46,010 nucleotides of DNA from an uncultured Gammaproteobacteria bacterium. GTDB lineage: Bacteria; Patescibacteriota; Microgenomatia; Daviesbacterales; UBA10151. Under the pieces are notes generated by a model that saw only the letters and a program-made list of their open reading frames with translations, was not told the origin of the DNA and did not search any database. Position numbers and translations under genes: made by a program. Positions 27,823 through 38,148 of the stretch are shown here, piece by piece. The stretch is from NCBI GenBank assembly GCA_964504665.1, contig CAZDEH010000005.1:1-46010 (forward strand), read 5' to 3'. The stretch's first letter is position 1. Each line of letters opens with the position of its first letter.

Positions 27823-29010
27823 ATGCTAAATCAAAAAGGAATAGCTTTTATTCCTGTAATTATTTACTCTCTGGTTGCTTTAATTGGTATAGGTACACTT
27901 GGAGCAATAGCAACAAAAACGGGGGTTATATCATCAGTTCCTGCTGAAACCCGAACTTGGGAGAAAAGGATTATTGATAATATTAATGAGAAAAGAATAT
28001 CTAATAATTTAACTTCATTATCAGAAAATCAACTTCTTGATAAATCTTCACTCGCTCAGGCTCAAGATATAGTGAAAAGTGGGGTGTGGGCAATTGATAA
28101 TAGCTTTAAATTCATTAAAGATGCAGGTTATGATGACTTAGGCGCAGGACAAAGTATCGCAAGAAATTTTAATTCACCCGAGGATGCTGTAAAATCTTTA
28201 ATGGCAGATAAAATTAACAAAGATAATATTCTTAATAAAGAGTACAAAGACATTGGAATAGGAATAGCAGAAGGGAGAATGAACGGTTCTCAATCAAAAG
28301 TAATAGTTGTACATTTTGGCATTCAAAAAAATCGACCATCTATTACTGTAGCTACAACAGCATCGAACCTTACCCAAATACCAACTTCCAAAAAGGTACA
28401 ACCTATTAATATGGATAGCGATCCTATAATAACTTGTACCTCCTCATATCCAAATTGCTTGGGGCAAAGTATAAAGGTTAAGCAGAGTGTATGTTCTAAA
28501 ATTTATTGCTGTGGGATTGGTGATAAATGGAGTGTTTATCCCTCAAGCGATCAATGCAAGAGAGATCAAGAGGCTTATCTTGCGAATAGACAAATATTAC
28601 CACCATCTAACACACAAACTACTAATACTTACATACCTCCATCTTATCCGCCTTGTACTGTTTATTATCCTTCATTAGGTTACTCTCAAACATATAATTA
28701 TACTTCTCCAGAAACTTGTAGGATGTGGCAAGATTCAGCTCAGCGAACACAGACCACCATTGATACCTTATTTGATTGTAATGTTGACGGACAGAATATA
28801 GGAAAAATGACTGTTCCTGAATGTAGTCAAAAAATGATTGAGGATTTTAATACTTATACAATACCTGATACTACCCTTCCAACCTTAGATACGAGAACTC
28901 TGGATTATGATAGTGCAGTTTCAGCTTGTAAAAACAGAATGAGGACTTTAGGTATAGCAGATAGTTCTGTTGCTCAACAGTGTTATAGTAATCCTAATTT
29001 GGGGTTATAA
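27823..29010 (+). CDS. CAP/SCP-domain protein with prepilin-like leader and Cys-rich C-terminus
   Basis: NQKG|IAF; INEKR..NNL..L..N..L; NILNKEYKDIGIG; VVHFG. Confidence 0.8.
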   Translation: MLNQKGIAFIPVIIYSLVALIGIGTLGAIATKTGVISSVPAETRTWEKRIIDNINEKRISNNLTSLSENQLLDKSSLAQAQDIVKSGVWAIDNSFKFIKDAGYDDLGAGQSIARNFNSPEDAVKSLMADKINKDNILNKEYKDIGIGIAEGRMNGSQSKVIVVHFGIQKNRPSITVATTASNLTQIPTSKKVQPINMDSDPIITCTSSYPNCLGQSIKVKQSVCSKIYCCGIGDKWSVYPSSDQCKRDQEAYLANRQILPPSNTQTTNTYIPPSYPPCTVYYPSLGYSQTYNYTSPETCRMWQDSAQRTQTTIDTLFDCNVDGQNIGKMTVPECSQKMIEDFNTYTIPDTTLPTLDTRTLDYDSAVSACKNRMRTLGIADSSVAQQCYSNPNLGL

Positions 29011-29028
29011 ATCCTGTTTTAATTTCTG

Positions 29029-29233
29029 ATGAAAACAGAAAAACAGTTTGCTTTTAGTGGCCTTATTTTTGCTAATTCTTTCTCTATTTCCCATTTGGCC
29101 CTACCTATTTCTACTAATTGGATCGGTTTTGAATTACAAAGTGACCAATAAGCTTCTGCCCGAAGACCCATTTTATAGACACAAAAGGTTTCACCCTTTG
29201 AGACTAAATTTTTGGTTAAATTTTAGTTGTTGA
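29029..29233 (+). pseudogene. Probable frameshifted or truncated membrane protein fragment
   Basis: ATG AAA A CAG: removing one A joins MKQKNS to LLLVALFLLILSLFP. Confidence 0.35.
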
Positions 29234-29273
29234 TTTGAAGGGAATTGTGATATTCTAAAAAGAGGATAAAAAA

Positions 29274-29522
29274 ATGAGCAAAAAGTCTATTATTATAATT
29301 TTGGTTTTGAGTGTATTGGTAACTTATGGGGTGGCAATTGCGGATGCTTTAAGAAGAAAAAGTCTTTTGGCAGGGGAAGCCGGTTTACCATTTAGATTTA
29401 GTTCTGCCTCTCTTTTTGGATCTGAAAGTACTGATCAATTTATGTTTTTGCTAGATGTATTTTTCTGGACAATTGTTTTATTTGGAATTTGGAAGTTAAT
29501 TTTAAAAGCTTTTAAAAAATAA
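29274..29522 (+). CDS. Small 2-TM membrane protein
   Basis: 82 aa, GAGGA SD, two hydrophobic segments around GLPF. Confidence 0.75.
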   Translation: MSKKSIIIILVLSVLVTYGVAIADALRRKSLLAGEAGLPFRFSSASLFGSESTDQFMFLLDVFFWTIVLFGIWKLILKAFKK

Positions 29523-29525
29523 ACT

Positions 29526-32249
29526 TTATTTTAATCCAAAACTAAATTCTATAATAGTTCCGTCATTTAAGTTAATTTTATAAAAATATGTTTTTCCTGC
29601 AGAAAGAGTTTTTGTATTCATATTAAAGATCCATTGTTGGTTTGTAGCATCCCACCTAAAGCTTACTTCTGGTGTAGTGGAATCAACAGGATCGTTAACA
29701 CTATTGATTGTTGTTTCTGAAACTGTGCTGATTAGACTGAAATTATTAATTACACCCAATGTACCTACAGATATTCCATTATTATTACAAACCCTGAATT
29801 TAGCTGGTACAGTACTGCCTTGTTTAAAGATACTGGTTCCATCATTATTTATAGGTTGTAAAATTGTGTGTCCTGAATTTCCTAAACATGTGCCACTGGA
29901 ATATTGAACTTTATAAGTAATAGTTTGCAAAGTTGTATTCCCAGCCCTATCTTCTGCAAAAACCTTAAATTCCTTAGTTCCTACCGAGCTAGTATCTATA
30001 TTTTCTCCAGCATTAATAATTCCTTGGCACTTATCTATGTCGGAATTTTCATCATTACATTGAAAGTCTGCTGTAACTGGCTGGTTTAATATTAAAACAG
30101 CATCTTTTATGGGAAAATTAATAGTAATTGTGGGTGAGGTATTATCATAATTTGCATCACCAGTTAAAATAGCGGAGTTATTCACTTGAGAATCAATAGT
30201 ACCATTACCATCTGTATCAACTTGTAAAATCGGTGGTTCTGTTGAGTTAGTGTCAAAAACAGTTTCAGCTTTTGTTGTATTTGTTAAAGGTACTGATTTA
30301 TATAGAATAGTTTTATCATTGATATCGTTTTTATAATCTCTGATTTTGAAATCAAAACTGCCATTATCTGTGACCTCAAATTCTAAGGTATAGATTCCGT
30401 CATCCGGTAAAAAGATAAACTTAGCATCATCTAAAGTATCATAGGAACTCTCTGGGATATCAACTTCAAAATCTCCGTTTGGTAAGGGACCCGTATGATT
30501 TCTCAACTGATCATAAGCATGGATATTGACTGGAGAATGAACTGAAAATTCATGACCGTCTAATTTATATGGTTCCAAAGATATTCCTGCTGATAAGAGA
30601 TTACTATCACCCAGAATAGTTTTAACCATATCCATGGCAGGTCCATTAAAAACTAGCTGACTATGCTTTTGTTTGGTATAGTAAATTGTAGCATTGCCGT
30701 TCAAAAATAGATTTTTATGAGGATCGGATAAAGAGGCACTTAGTAAAGGTACTGTCTCGTCACCATTAATTTTTACCATATCCTTATAAGGAATTTTAAT
30801 ACCTGCGAAATCAATTCTATTTTTCTCTATAATTTGTCCTAAAGTATCAATACCTGATCCTACAATAATTGATACATCAACACCATTAGTATTTGGTAAA
30901 TTATTATCCAGACCATGAAATGTTTCAGTGGGATCAAAAAGAGGAGTATTATAACCGAGATTTGTAAGTAATGTTTTAGTTTGGGCATAATTTAATGGTC
31001 CTGTTATCCCGTTAGTATCAATATCCCGTTCGTCGCGGAAAGGAAAAGAGTGTAATTCATCTTCACCAGAATAGAAATTAAAATATTTTTGAGATGGAGC
31101 TAATTCAAAACCACCGACCATATTTTGTAGTACATCTTTTATTTCAGAAGGAGCTAATGAAAGGCAAAATGGACCTGCTTCGAACCTTAAACAACCTCCA
31201 TACATTAAATTCTTTAGAAAATCTACTGCCCCTAAATAAGGAGTACCTAAAGTAATTAATTTTCTGACCTTTTGGGCTTTTATTGGATCAGCTATATAGT
31301 TTCTGGCTACTAATCCTCCCATGGAATGGGCTACTAGATCAACTTTTTGACTGCCCGTTTGAGTTTTAATAGCTTCTATCTTTTGATCTAATAGTGGAGC
31401 AGTTAGAGAAACATCTTTTCTCCAGTCATAAGGGAAAACGAAAAAATTTTGATTTAGGGTATACCCATTGGTTGTAAAAAAATCTATTGTGGGATGATAA
31501 GCTCCGGCAAAAATATTATCTGTCAGTTCTAAATTTGCTTCACTGGTTTGTCCATCAGACTGTAATCTTAAGATATCAAAATAATCATCATTTCCAGGCA
31601 TAATCGCTTCCCCTTCATTAACCCAAACTTTTTCTTCAGCAGGATAGGTATGAGTATAAGTACCTCCATGACCATCAGGAGCTGTCCAAAGATAGGTATC
31701 CTTAACTTTTAACTCTGACCCACCTATTCCTGGGATAAAAATAAGTGGAGTTTTGGAAGGGGTTGGGGTGGGGGTGGAAATAGGAGTGGGTGTTGGGGTA
31801 GGATCAGGGGCATTAGTGTTTGCAAGATAAAGTGAGGAGCTGCCGACAGATATACCGCAGACATCAAATAATTTTATATGTACTTGATTTATACCTGGTC
31901 TAAAATAATTTGTGATATCAGCTGGTGGCATATCACTTAGCGACCAGCAACCATTATTGTAATAATGAGTATATGTGCGAGTGATGTTATCAGGTCCTAT
32001 GACAGTTATTCTTATGGCATCATCTACAATTGTGTTTCCTGTAGAATCATGTTTGCTACTTAATACAATGTTTCCTGACTGAAAATTTATACTTAAATCT
32101 GTTTCAAAAAATGTTATTCCATTATGATGCGGACGGTAACCTGGAATGCCTGTTGTTATAGTATAAGGAATAATTGTTGCACTGGCGAGTTGAGGAAAAA
32201 AGAGAAAAAGACAAATTACCAAAATAAATGCCTTTATTATTTTATCCAC
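29526..32249 (-). CDS. Secreted multidomain alpha/beta hydrolase (LCAT/PGAP1-like lipase) with PT linker and C-terminal PxKF-type domain
   Basis: IFIPGIGGS, PYDWR, AHSMGG, LGTPYLG, GDETVP, GSTVPAKF. Confidence 0.88.
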   Translation of the reverse strand: MDKIIKAFILVICLFLFFPQLASATIIPYTITTGIPGYRPHHNGITFFETDLSINFQSGNIVLSSKHDSTGNTIVDDAIRITVIGPDNITRTYTHYYNNGCWSLSDMPPADITNYFRPGINQVHIKLFDVCGISVGSSSLYLANTNAPDPTPTPTPISTPTPTPSKTPLIFIPGIGGSELKVKDTYLWTAPDGHGGTYTHTYPAEEKVWVNEGEAIMPGNDDYFDILRLQSDGQTSEANLELTDNIFAGAYHPTIDFFTTNGYTLNQNFFVFPYDWRKDVSLTAPLLDQKIEAIKTQTGSQKVDLVAHSMGGLVARNYIADPIKAQKVRKLITLGTPYLGAVDFLKNLMYGGCLRFEAGPFCLSLAPSEIKDVLQNMVGGFELAPSQKYFNFYSGEDELHSFPFRDERDIDTNGITGPLNYAQTKTLLTNLGYNTPLFDPTETFHGLDNNLPNTNGVDVSIIVGSGIDTLGQIIEKNRIDFAGIKIPYKDMVKINGDETVPLLSASLSDPHKNLFLNGNATIYYTKQKHSQLVFNGPAMDMVKTILGDSNLLSAGISLEPYKLDGHEFSVHSPVNIHAYDQLRNHTGPLPNGDFEVDIPESSYDTLDDAKFIFLPDDGIYTLEFEVTDNGSFDFKIRDYKNDINDKTILYKSVPLTNTTKAETVFDTNSTEPPILQVDTDGNGTIDSQVNNSAILTGDANYDNTSPTITINFPIKDAVLILNQPVTADFQCNDENSDIDKCQGIINAGENIDTSSVGTKEFKVFAEDRAGNTTLQTITYKVQYSSGTCLGNSGHTILQPINNDGTSIFKQGSTVPAKFRVCNNNGISVGTLGVINNFSLISTVSETTINSVNDPVDSTTPEVSFRWDATNQQWIFNMNTKTLSAGKTYFYKINLNDGTIIEFSFGLK

Positions 32250-32312
32250 TTTTTTAGTATTATCGATATTATAATCTTAGTCAATGAAGGAGATTTTGTT
32301 AAAGAAAAAATA

Positions 32313-33710
32313 TTAAGCAGTTTCTTTCCACTCTTTACTGATTTCAGGAAATTGATCTAATTTAGATTTAAATAATTCTTTGAGTCTTTTAATTCCTTCT
32401 GGAGTTTTTGCTTCAAATCTTAATACTAACATTGGAGTAGTGTTTGAAGCTCTGACTAGTCCCCATCCCCCTTCTGCATAAACTCTAGCCCCATCTACAT
32501 CAACTACATTGTATCCTTCATCTTTAAATTGCTGAGTTATTTTTTTAATAATATCGTGTTTTACTTCATCAGGCGCATCAATATTTATCAGTGGTGTTGA
32601 TAAATAATGTGGGAGTGTTGAAACTATTTCTGATAAAGGTTTATCTTGCTTGGATAAAAATTCTAGTACTTTAAGAGCAGCAAACATGGCATCATCAAAT
32701 CCGTAATAATCAAATTCTTTGCCCAAAAAAACATGCCCACTCATCTCCCCGGTTAAAGAAATATTTTGCCGGTGCATCTCAGCTTTAATTAAAGAGTGAC
32801 CTGTTTTGTACATGATAGGAACCCCTCCATGAGCTTTTATATCTTCAGGTAAACTTTCGGAAACCTTAACATCAAACATAATTTTTGCTCCAGGATGCTC
32901 CTCTAGGAATAATCTAGATAAAAAAATCAGCATTATATCGGCAGGTATAAGATGTCCTTTATTATCAACCATTCCCAGCCTATCTCCATCACCATCAAAA
33001 GCAAAACCAAAATCACATGTTTGAGATACTGTTTGTTCTCCTGTATCTTTCATCATGGCTGCATTTTCCGGATTAGGGGTGTAGTTTGGATAAGTAGGAT
33101 CGATATTTGTATTGTGTTCTATAATTTCACAGCCGGCACGGCGGAGTAATTCTGGGGCGATAATTGCAGCTGTACCATTACCGGTATTAACAAGAATTTT
33201 AAATTTTTTGGTGAACTTTATTTTTGAGAGCAAATCTTTGATATAAATTTCACGGATGTCTTCTTTTTTAACAGTTCCCTGACCATTTTCAAAATCATCA
33301 CTGATAATTAACTCGTAAATTTTTTGGATTTCTACCCCGGATAATGTTTTAGATAAATCGTCACTGATCTTTGCGCCATTCCAACCAACTGGATTGTGAC
33401 TTGCTGTAATAACAGCTCCACCTCTTACATTAAAATGATGTTGTGCCCAATATCCCATTGGAGTGGTGGCAGTGCCAATATCGATAACGTTAATACCACA
33501 CTGTGTAAAACCTTTAATAAATTGAACAGTAAAAGATTCAGAAGTAGCCCTAACATCATGCCCGACCACAGCCTCTAAAATATCTTTTCTGCGAAGGTAA
33601 GTACCAAATCCGCGACCAATAAAATACATAGATTTTTCATTTAGTTCATCATCAGTTTCGCGCCCCCGGAGGTCATATTCGCGAAACATAGTTTGTTTAA
33701 TTTTCGGCAT
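32313..33710 (-). CDS. Phosphomannomutase/phosphoglucomutase
   Basis: FREYDLRG, TASHNP, DGDGDR, GEMSGH, RASNT. Confidence 0.97.
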   Translation of the reverse strand: MPKIKQTMFREYDLRGRETDDELNEKSMYFIGRGFGTYLRRKDILEAVVGHDVRATSESFTVQFIKGFTQCGINVIDIGTATTPMGYWAQHHFNVRGGAVITASHNPVGWNGAKISDDLSKTLSGVEIQKIYELIISDDFENGQGTVKKEDIREIYIKDLLSKIKFTKKFKILVNTGNGTAAIIAPELLRRAGCEIIEHNTNIDPTYPNYTPNPENAAMMKDTGEQTVSQTCDFGFAFDGDGDRLGMVDNKGHLIPADIMLIFLSRLFLEEHPGAKIMFDVKVSESLPEDIKAHGGVPIMYKTGHSLIKAEMHRQNISLTGEMSGHVFLGKEFDYYGFDDAMFAALKVLEFLSKQDKPLSEIVSTLPHYLSTPLINIDAPDEVKHDIIKKITQQFKDEGYNVVDVDGARVYAEGGWGLVRASNTTPMLVLRFEAKTPEGIKRLKELFKSKLDQFPEISKEWKETA

Positions 33711-33743
33711 TTGTTTTAAAAGTTTTTATTATTCTAACATTTT

Positions 33744-34325
33744 TTACAAGTTATTTGGAAGTTTATTTGTAGGATATATACCTTGGCGTAAGATTTCTAT
33801 TTTCCCCTCATCAATTTTTATTAAAGTTGAAGGGTTTGATATGAGCTCTCCTGTATCTTGATAAAAATCAATTTGACCCCCAAAATATTTTTTTGCCTCA
33901 TTAATAGTTTTTGCATAAGGGTATCCTTCAATATTAGCACTGGGGGCAATTAATGGACCAATTTCTTGCAATAAACTTAATAATTCTGGATTGTTAGGAA
34001 TTCTGAAAGCCAGCGAGTTAGTTCCCCGATGAAGATAGGCAAAATTGTTTGAGATAACAGGTAAAATTACACTAATGGGATTTGGCCAGATTTTTTGAAG
34101 AAAATCTGAAATAGACTTATCTATATTTATTCCAAAAAGTTTTAAATCTGCAAGATTGGATATTAAAATAATAAATGGTTTACTGGGTGATCTTTTGCGC
34201 AAGGTATAAACTCGTTCAACTGATTTTTGGTTTAGGGCTGATGTAACCAAACCATATTGGGTATCAGTTGGAAGCACTCCCACACCACCATTTTTTAAAA
34301 TATTTATTAAGTTATTGTCAGGCAT
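33744..34325 (-). CDS. tsaC: Threonylcarbamoyl-AMP synthase (Sua5/YrdC)
   Basis: PTDTQYGL, KR...KP, APSAN, PST, LRQG; start ATG 34325. Confidence 0.93.
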   Translation of the reverse strand: MPDNNLINILKNGGVGVLPTDTQYGLVTSALNQKSVERVYTLRKRSPSKPFIILISNLADLKLFGINIDKSISDFLQKIWPNPISVILPVISNNFAYLHRGTNSLAFRIPNNPELLSLLQEIGPLIAPSANIEGYPYAKTINEAKKYFGGQIDFYQDTGELISNPSTLIKIDEGKIEILRQGIYPTNKLPNNL

Positions 34326-34373
34326 GAATTTATTATATATTAATACAAGATCATATTGTGTTAGTATTATTTT

Positions 34374-36740
34374 ATGGATCAAAAATTCATTATTCCACTT
34401 GAAAGCGTTGGAATTGAAGATGTGCCTGAGGTTGGTGGGAAAAATGCTTCCTTGGGTGAGATGATTCAATATTTAGTGCCAAAAGGAGTTAATGTTCCCG
34501 GAGGTTATATTGTGACAGCTACAGCCTACCGTTATTTTCTTGAGTCAACACCTCTAAAGGAATTTATTAAAAAAACTCTTGATGGATTAAATACCTCCAA
34601 TATGGAAGATTTATCTAAAAGGGCAAAATTAGTCCGGGATGAAATTGTCTCCACCCCTTTCCCAAAAGATTTGGAAGAAGGAATTGAGCAAGCACATCGT
34701 GAAGCAGAAAAAAAATATGGTAAAGGAGCTGATTTTGCCGTCCGTTCTTCTGCTACAGCAGAAGATCTTCCTGATGCTTCATTTGCCGGAGAACATGAAA
34801 CCTACCTAAATATTAGAGGCGTTAGTGAAATTGTAAAGGCAGTCAGAAGATCAATGGCATCCCTTTTTACAGCCCGTGCAATTTCTTATAGAGTAGATAA
34901 AAAATTTGACCATTTTTCGATTGCTTTATCGGTTGGAGTGCAGAGAATGGTCAGATCTGATTTAGGCTGTTCCGGAGTGATGTTTACCCTTGATACTGAG
35001 TCTGGTTTTGCTGATGTGGTGATAATAGATGGATCTTGGGGGCTTGGTGAAATGATTGTACAGGGAGAAGTTACCCCGGATGAGTTTTTAGTATTTAAAC
35101 CAACCATGGGTATAATCCAGAAAAAGCTGGGAGTTAAAAACCAAAAAATGATTTATTCAGACAATACCCCCACCAAAATTGTTTCCACCAATGAAAAAGA
35201 ACGAGCATCATTTGTTCTATCTGATACCGAAATTTTAAAACTGGCTGCTTGGGGGAAAGAGGTAGAAAAACATTACTCGGCAAAGCACGGCAGATGGACA
35301 CCGATGGATACTGAGTGGGCTAAAGACGGTAAAACAGGCGAGCTTTTTATGATACAAGCCAGACCAGAAACCATTCATGCCACCCGTGATTTTACTAAAG
35401 TAAAAGAATATATCAGAGAAGAAAAAGGGGAAGAAATTGTAAAGGGTGCTTCCGTGGGTGGGAAAATTGTCAGTGGCCATGCCCGGGTAATTTTAGATCC
35501 TACTGATATTAACAAATTTAAGGCTGGGGAAATATTAGTCACTGTAATGACAGATCCTGATTGGGAACCGATCATGAAAATTGCCGCAGGAATTGTAACT
35601 GATAAAGGAGGAAGGACCTCCCACGCTGCAATTGTTTCGCGGGAGCTTGGTATTCCTTGTATTGTGGGTTCGCTTGATGCCACCGAAAAAATAAAAACTG
35701 GGGATGAAGTTACAGTAGATACTTCCGGTTCAGACGGCATTGTTTTTGCCGGAGCATTAAAGTTTAGAGTTGTAGAACACGACACTAAGACTTTGCCAAA
35801 AACTAAAACACACATTATGATGAATATTGCCACTCCTGATACAGCTTTTGAAAAATCTTTTTTACCAAATTCCGGAGTAGGGCTTGCCCGGGAAGAATTT
35901 ATTATTGCCTCTATTGGAATACACCCGAATGCGTTATTGAATTATCATAAATTATCTGCCTCACTAAAACGGAAAATTGATGATAAAACTTTCGGTTATC
36001 CTGACAAGGTTAAATTTTATGTAGACCAGTTATCTTATGGAATCGGCAAAATCGCTGCCGCTTTTTATCCAAAACCGGTTATCGTCCGTTTTTCTGATTT
36101 TAAAACTAATGAATATAGGACTCTCTTGGGAGGAGAAGAATATGAACCGGTCGAAGAAAACCCGATGATTGGTTGGCGGGGCGCTTCCCGTTATTATCAT
36201 CCGGATTTTACCAAAGCTTTTGAGCTAGAAGTAATTGCTATGAAAAAAGTCAGAGAAGAGATGGGTTTAACAAATTGCATGGCAATGATTCCGTTTTGTA
36301 GAACACCGGAAGAAGGAAAAAAGGTTGTTGATTTGATGGAAAAATATGGACTCAAAAAATCTTCTGATTTTAAAATTTATGTAATGTGTGAAATTCCTGC
36401 CAATATTATTTTGGCTGATGAATTTTTGGAAATTTTTGATGGTATGTCGATTGGATCAAATGATTTAACACAGTTAACTTTAGGAATAGACCGCGATGGA
36501 AATGAGATGATTAAAAGTATTAGCAACGAAAAAGATGAAGCAGTAAAAAAACTTATTTCTGAAGTTATCAAGAAATGTAAAGCCAAAAATAGATACATTG
36601 GTATTTGTGGACAGGGTCCAAGTGATTATCCGGACTTTGCTCAATTTTTAGTTAAAGAGGGGATTGAAAGTATGTCTTTAAATCCTGATTCTGTTATCAA
36701 TACCATTATTAAAGTCCACGAACAAGAGCAGAAGAACTAA
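34374..36740 (+). CDS. ppsA: Phosphoenolpyruvate synthase
   Basis: VGGKNASLGEM, AVRSSATAED, GGRTSHAAIVSRE, SIGSNDLTQ. Confidence 0.98.
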   Translation: MDQKFIIPLESVGIEDVPEVGGKNASLGEMIQYLVPKGVNVPGGYIVTATAYRYFLESTPLKEFIKKTLDGLNTSNMEDLSKRAKLVRDEIVSTPFPKDLEEGIEQAHREAEKKYGKGADFAVRSSATAEDLPDASFAGEHETYLNIRGVSEIVKAVRRSMASLFTARAISYRVDKKFDHFSIALSVGVQRMVRSDLGCSGVMFTLDTESGFADVVIIDGSWGLGEMIVQGEVTPDEFLVFKPTMGIIQKKLGVKNQKMIYSDNTPTKIVSTNEKERASFVLSDTEILKLAAWGKEVEKHYSAKHGRWTPMDTEWAKDGKTGELFMIQARPETIHATRDFTKVKEYIREEKGEEIVKGASVGGKIVSGHARVILDPTDINKFKAGEILVTVMTDPDWEPIMKIAAGIVTDKGGRTSHAAIVSRELGIPCIVGSLDATEKIKTGDEVTVDTSGSDGIVFAGALKFRVVEHDTKTLPKTKTHIMMNIATPDTAFEKSFLPNSGVGLAREEFIIASIGIHPNALLNYHKLSASLKRKIDDKTFGYPDKVKFYVDQLSYGIGKIAAAFYPKPVIVRFSDFKTNEYRTLLGGEEYEPVEENPMIGWRGASRYYHPDFTKAFELEVIAMKKVREEMGLTNCMAMIPFCRTPEEGKKVVDLMEKYGLKKSSDFKIYVMCEIPANIILADEFLEIFDGMSIGSNDLTQLTLGIDRDGNEMIKSISNEKDEAVKKLISEVIKKCKAKNRYIGICGQGPSDYPDFAQFLVKEGIESMSLNPDSVINTIIKVHEQEQKN

Positions 36741-37951
36741 TGCGGATTGATGATATTTCTCTAAAAATTATTCCAGATTCCCGTGGGAAAGATACTTTAG
36801 AAGTAGAAATGAAATCTGGGAATTTTATTGTTACTGCTTCTGTTCCTTCCGGTAAAAGTACAGGAGTAAATGAAGTCTTTGTACTAGAGCCTCAAAAAGC
36901 CATAGTAAAATTTACAGAAATTAAACCTCAGCTTTTAGGAAAAGATTTTAACTCACTGGAGAAATTTGATAATTTGATGCTTGGTTTAGATGGAACTTCA
37001 GGAAAAAATAATTTAGGAGGTAATTTAATGCTTGCCCTAAGTATTGGTTTTACTAAACTTTTAGCTAGATCTCAAAACCTGGAAATTTATGAGTTAATAT
37101 CCCACACCTGCCTGCCGGCAGGCAGGGTCGGGGGTGGAACAAAAAATACAAAATTACCTTTATGTTTTTTTAATGTCATAAATGGGGGGCTGCATGCCAA
37201 AAATTCTCTACCTTTTCAGGAATATATGTTTGTGCCACAGTATAATTTGCCCTCGGAAAATTTAAATTCAGTGATGTTATTATTAAAAACTTTAGGAGAT
37301 AAGATTCAAGTGAGTTATGAACATTTAAGAATGGGGGATGAGGGGGGGTATGAAGTGCCGGAAAAAGATCCGGAAATAGGATTGCAAATTTTAACTGAAG
37401 TAATGCAAGCAAGCGGACGAATGAATGGAAAACTAAGTTTAGATGTTGCTGCCTCCTCTTTTTTCAAGGATAGTCTATATTTAGTTGGAGAAAAAGTATA
37501 TACCAAAGATCAACTCTTGGATTTGTACCAAATACTAAATACAAAATACCAGATACTTTCTATTGAAGACCCCTTTAATGAAGAAGATTGGGAAGGCTTT
37601 TCAAACTTCCAATCCCGGATTGGAAACTCAGTTTGGGTTGTAGGGGATGATCTTACAACTACGAATGTTACAAGAATTAAAAAAGCTCATGAGCTAAAGG
37701 CTATAAATGCTGTTATCATAAAACCTAATCAAATTGGGACTGTTACGGAAACTATCAAAGCAGTGGAGATGGCTAAAAGTTATGGTTGGAAAATTATTGT
37801 TTCTCACAGGTCAGGTGAGACTATGGATACTTTTATTGCAGATTTAGCAGTAGGGGTGGGGGCAGATGGGTTAAAAAGCGGTTGTCCATTACAAAAGGAA
37901 AGATTAGTTAAATACCAGAGATTGGTAGGAATAGAAAAACTTTTAAATTAA
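36740..37951 (+). CDS. eno: Enolase
   Basis: DSRG, VPSGKSTG, GDEGG, VGDDL, IKPNQIG, SHRSGET. Confidence 0.97.
   Translation: MRIDDISLKIIPDSRGKDTLEVEMKSGNFIVTASVPSGKSTGVNEVFVLEPQKAIVKFTEIKPQLLGKDFNSLEKFDNLMLGLDGTSGKNNLGGNLMLALSIGFTKLLARSQNLEIYELISHTCLPAGRVGGGTKNTKLPLCFFNVINGGLHAKNSLPFQEYMFVPQYNLPSENLNSVMLLLKTLGDKIQVSYEHLRMGDEGGYEVPEKDPEIGLQILTEVMQASGRMNGKLSLDVAASSFFKDSLYLVGEKVYTKDQLLDLYQILNTKYQILSIEDPFNEEDWEGFSNFQSRIGNSVWVVGDDLTTTNVTRIKKAHELKAINAVIIKPNQIGTVTETIKAVEMAKSYGWKIIVSHRSGETMDTFIADLAVGVGADGLKSGCPLQKERLVKYQRLVGIEKLLN
37107..37126. repeat. Perfect 20-bp palindrome inside eno
   Basis: CCTGCCTGCCGGCAGGCAGG, translated within TCLPAGR. Confidence 0.9.
37527..37557 (+). repeat. Heptamer tandem repeats inside eno
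   Basis: accaaat actaaat acaaaat accagat act (YQILNTKYQIL). Confidence 0.65.
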
Positions 37952-38131
37952 ACGCTCTTTTGCTTCTTTTGGTGTTAGAATTTTAATTATAATTCCCATT
38001 TGCACTAAAACATAATCACCAATTTTAATTTTTTCATCCCCAGCTAGGGCTTGACGTACCTCACCTGGGTACTGAATCTCTACTTTTTTGCCTGAAATAT
38101 TTTTTATCTTACCTGCAATTGCCAAGCACAT
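37943..38131 (-). CDS. hypC: HypC/HybG/HupF-family hydrogenase chaperone
   Basis: MCLAIAGKI...GDYVLVQMG; usual His replaced by Gln. Confidence 0.9.
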   Translation of the reverse strand: MCLAIAGKIKNISGKKVEIQYPGEVRQALAGDEKIKIGDYVLVQMGIIIKILTPKEAKERLI

Positions 38132-38148
38132 GTTATGATTATACCAGT
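38132..38148. promoter_or_regulatory. Overlapping divergent -10 boxes
   Basis: 17-bp gap; minus-strand TATAAT 7 nt before the hypC ATG, plus-strand TATGAT 9 nt before ATG 38149. Confidence 0.55.

Noticed and set aside
31757-31810. G-rich GGGGT repeats (possible G-quadruplex)
   Set aside because: Fully explained by the Pro-Thr linker encoded on the minus strand
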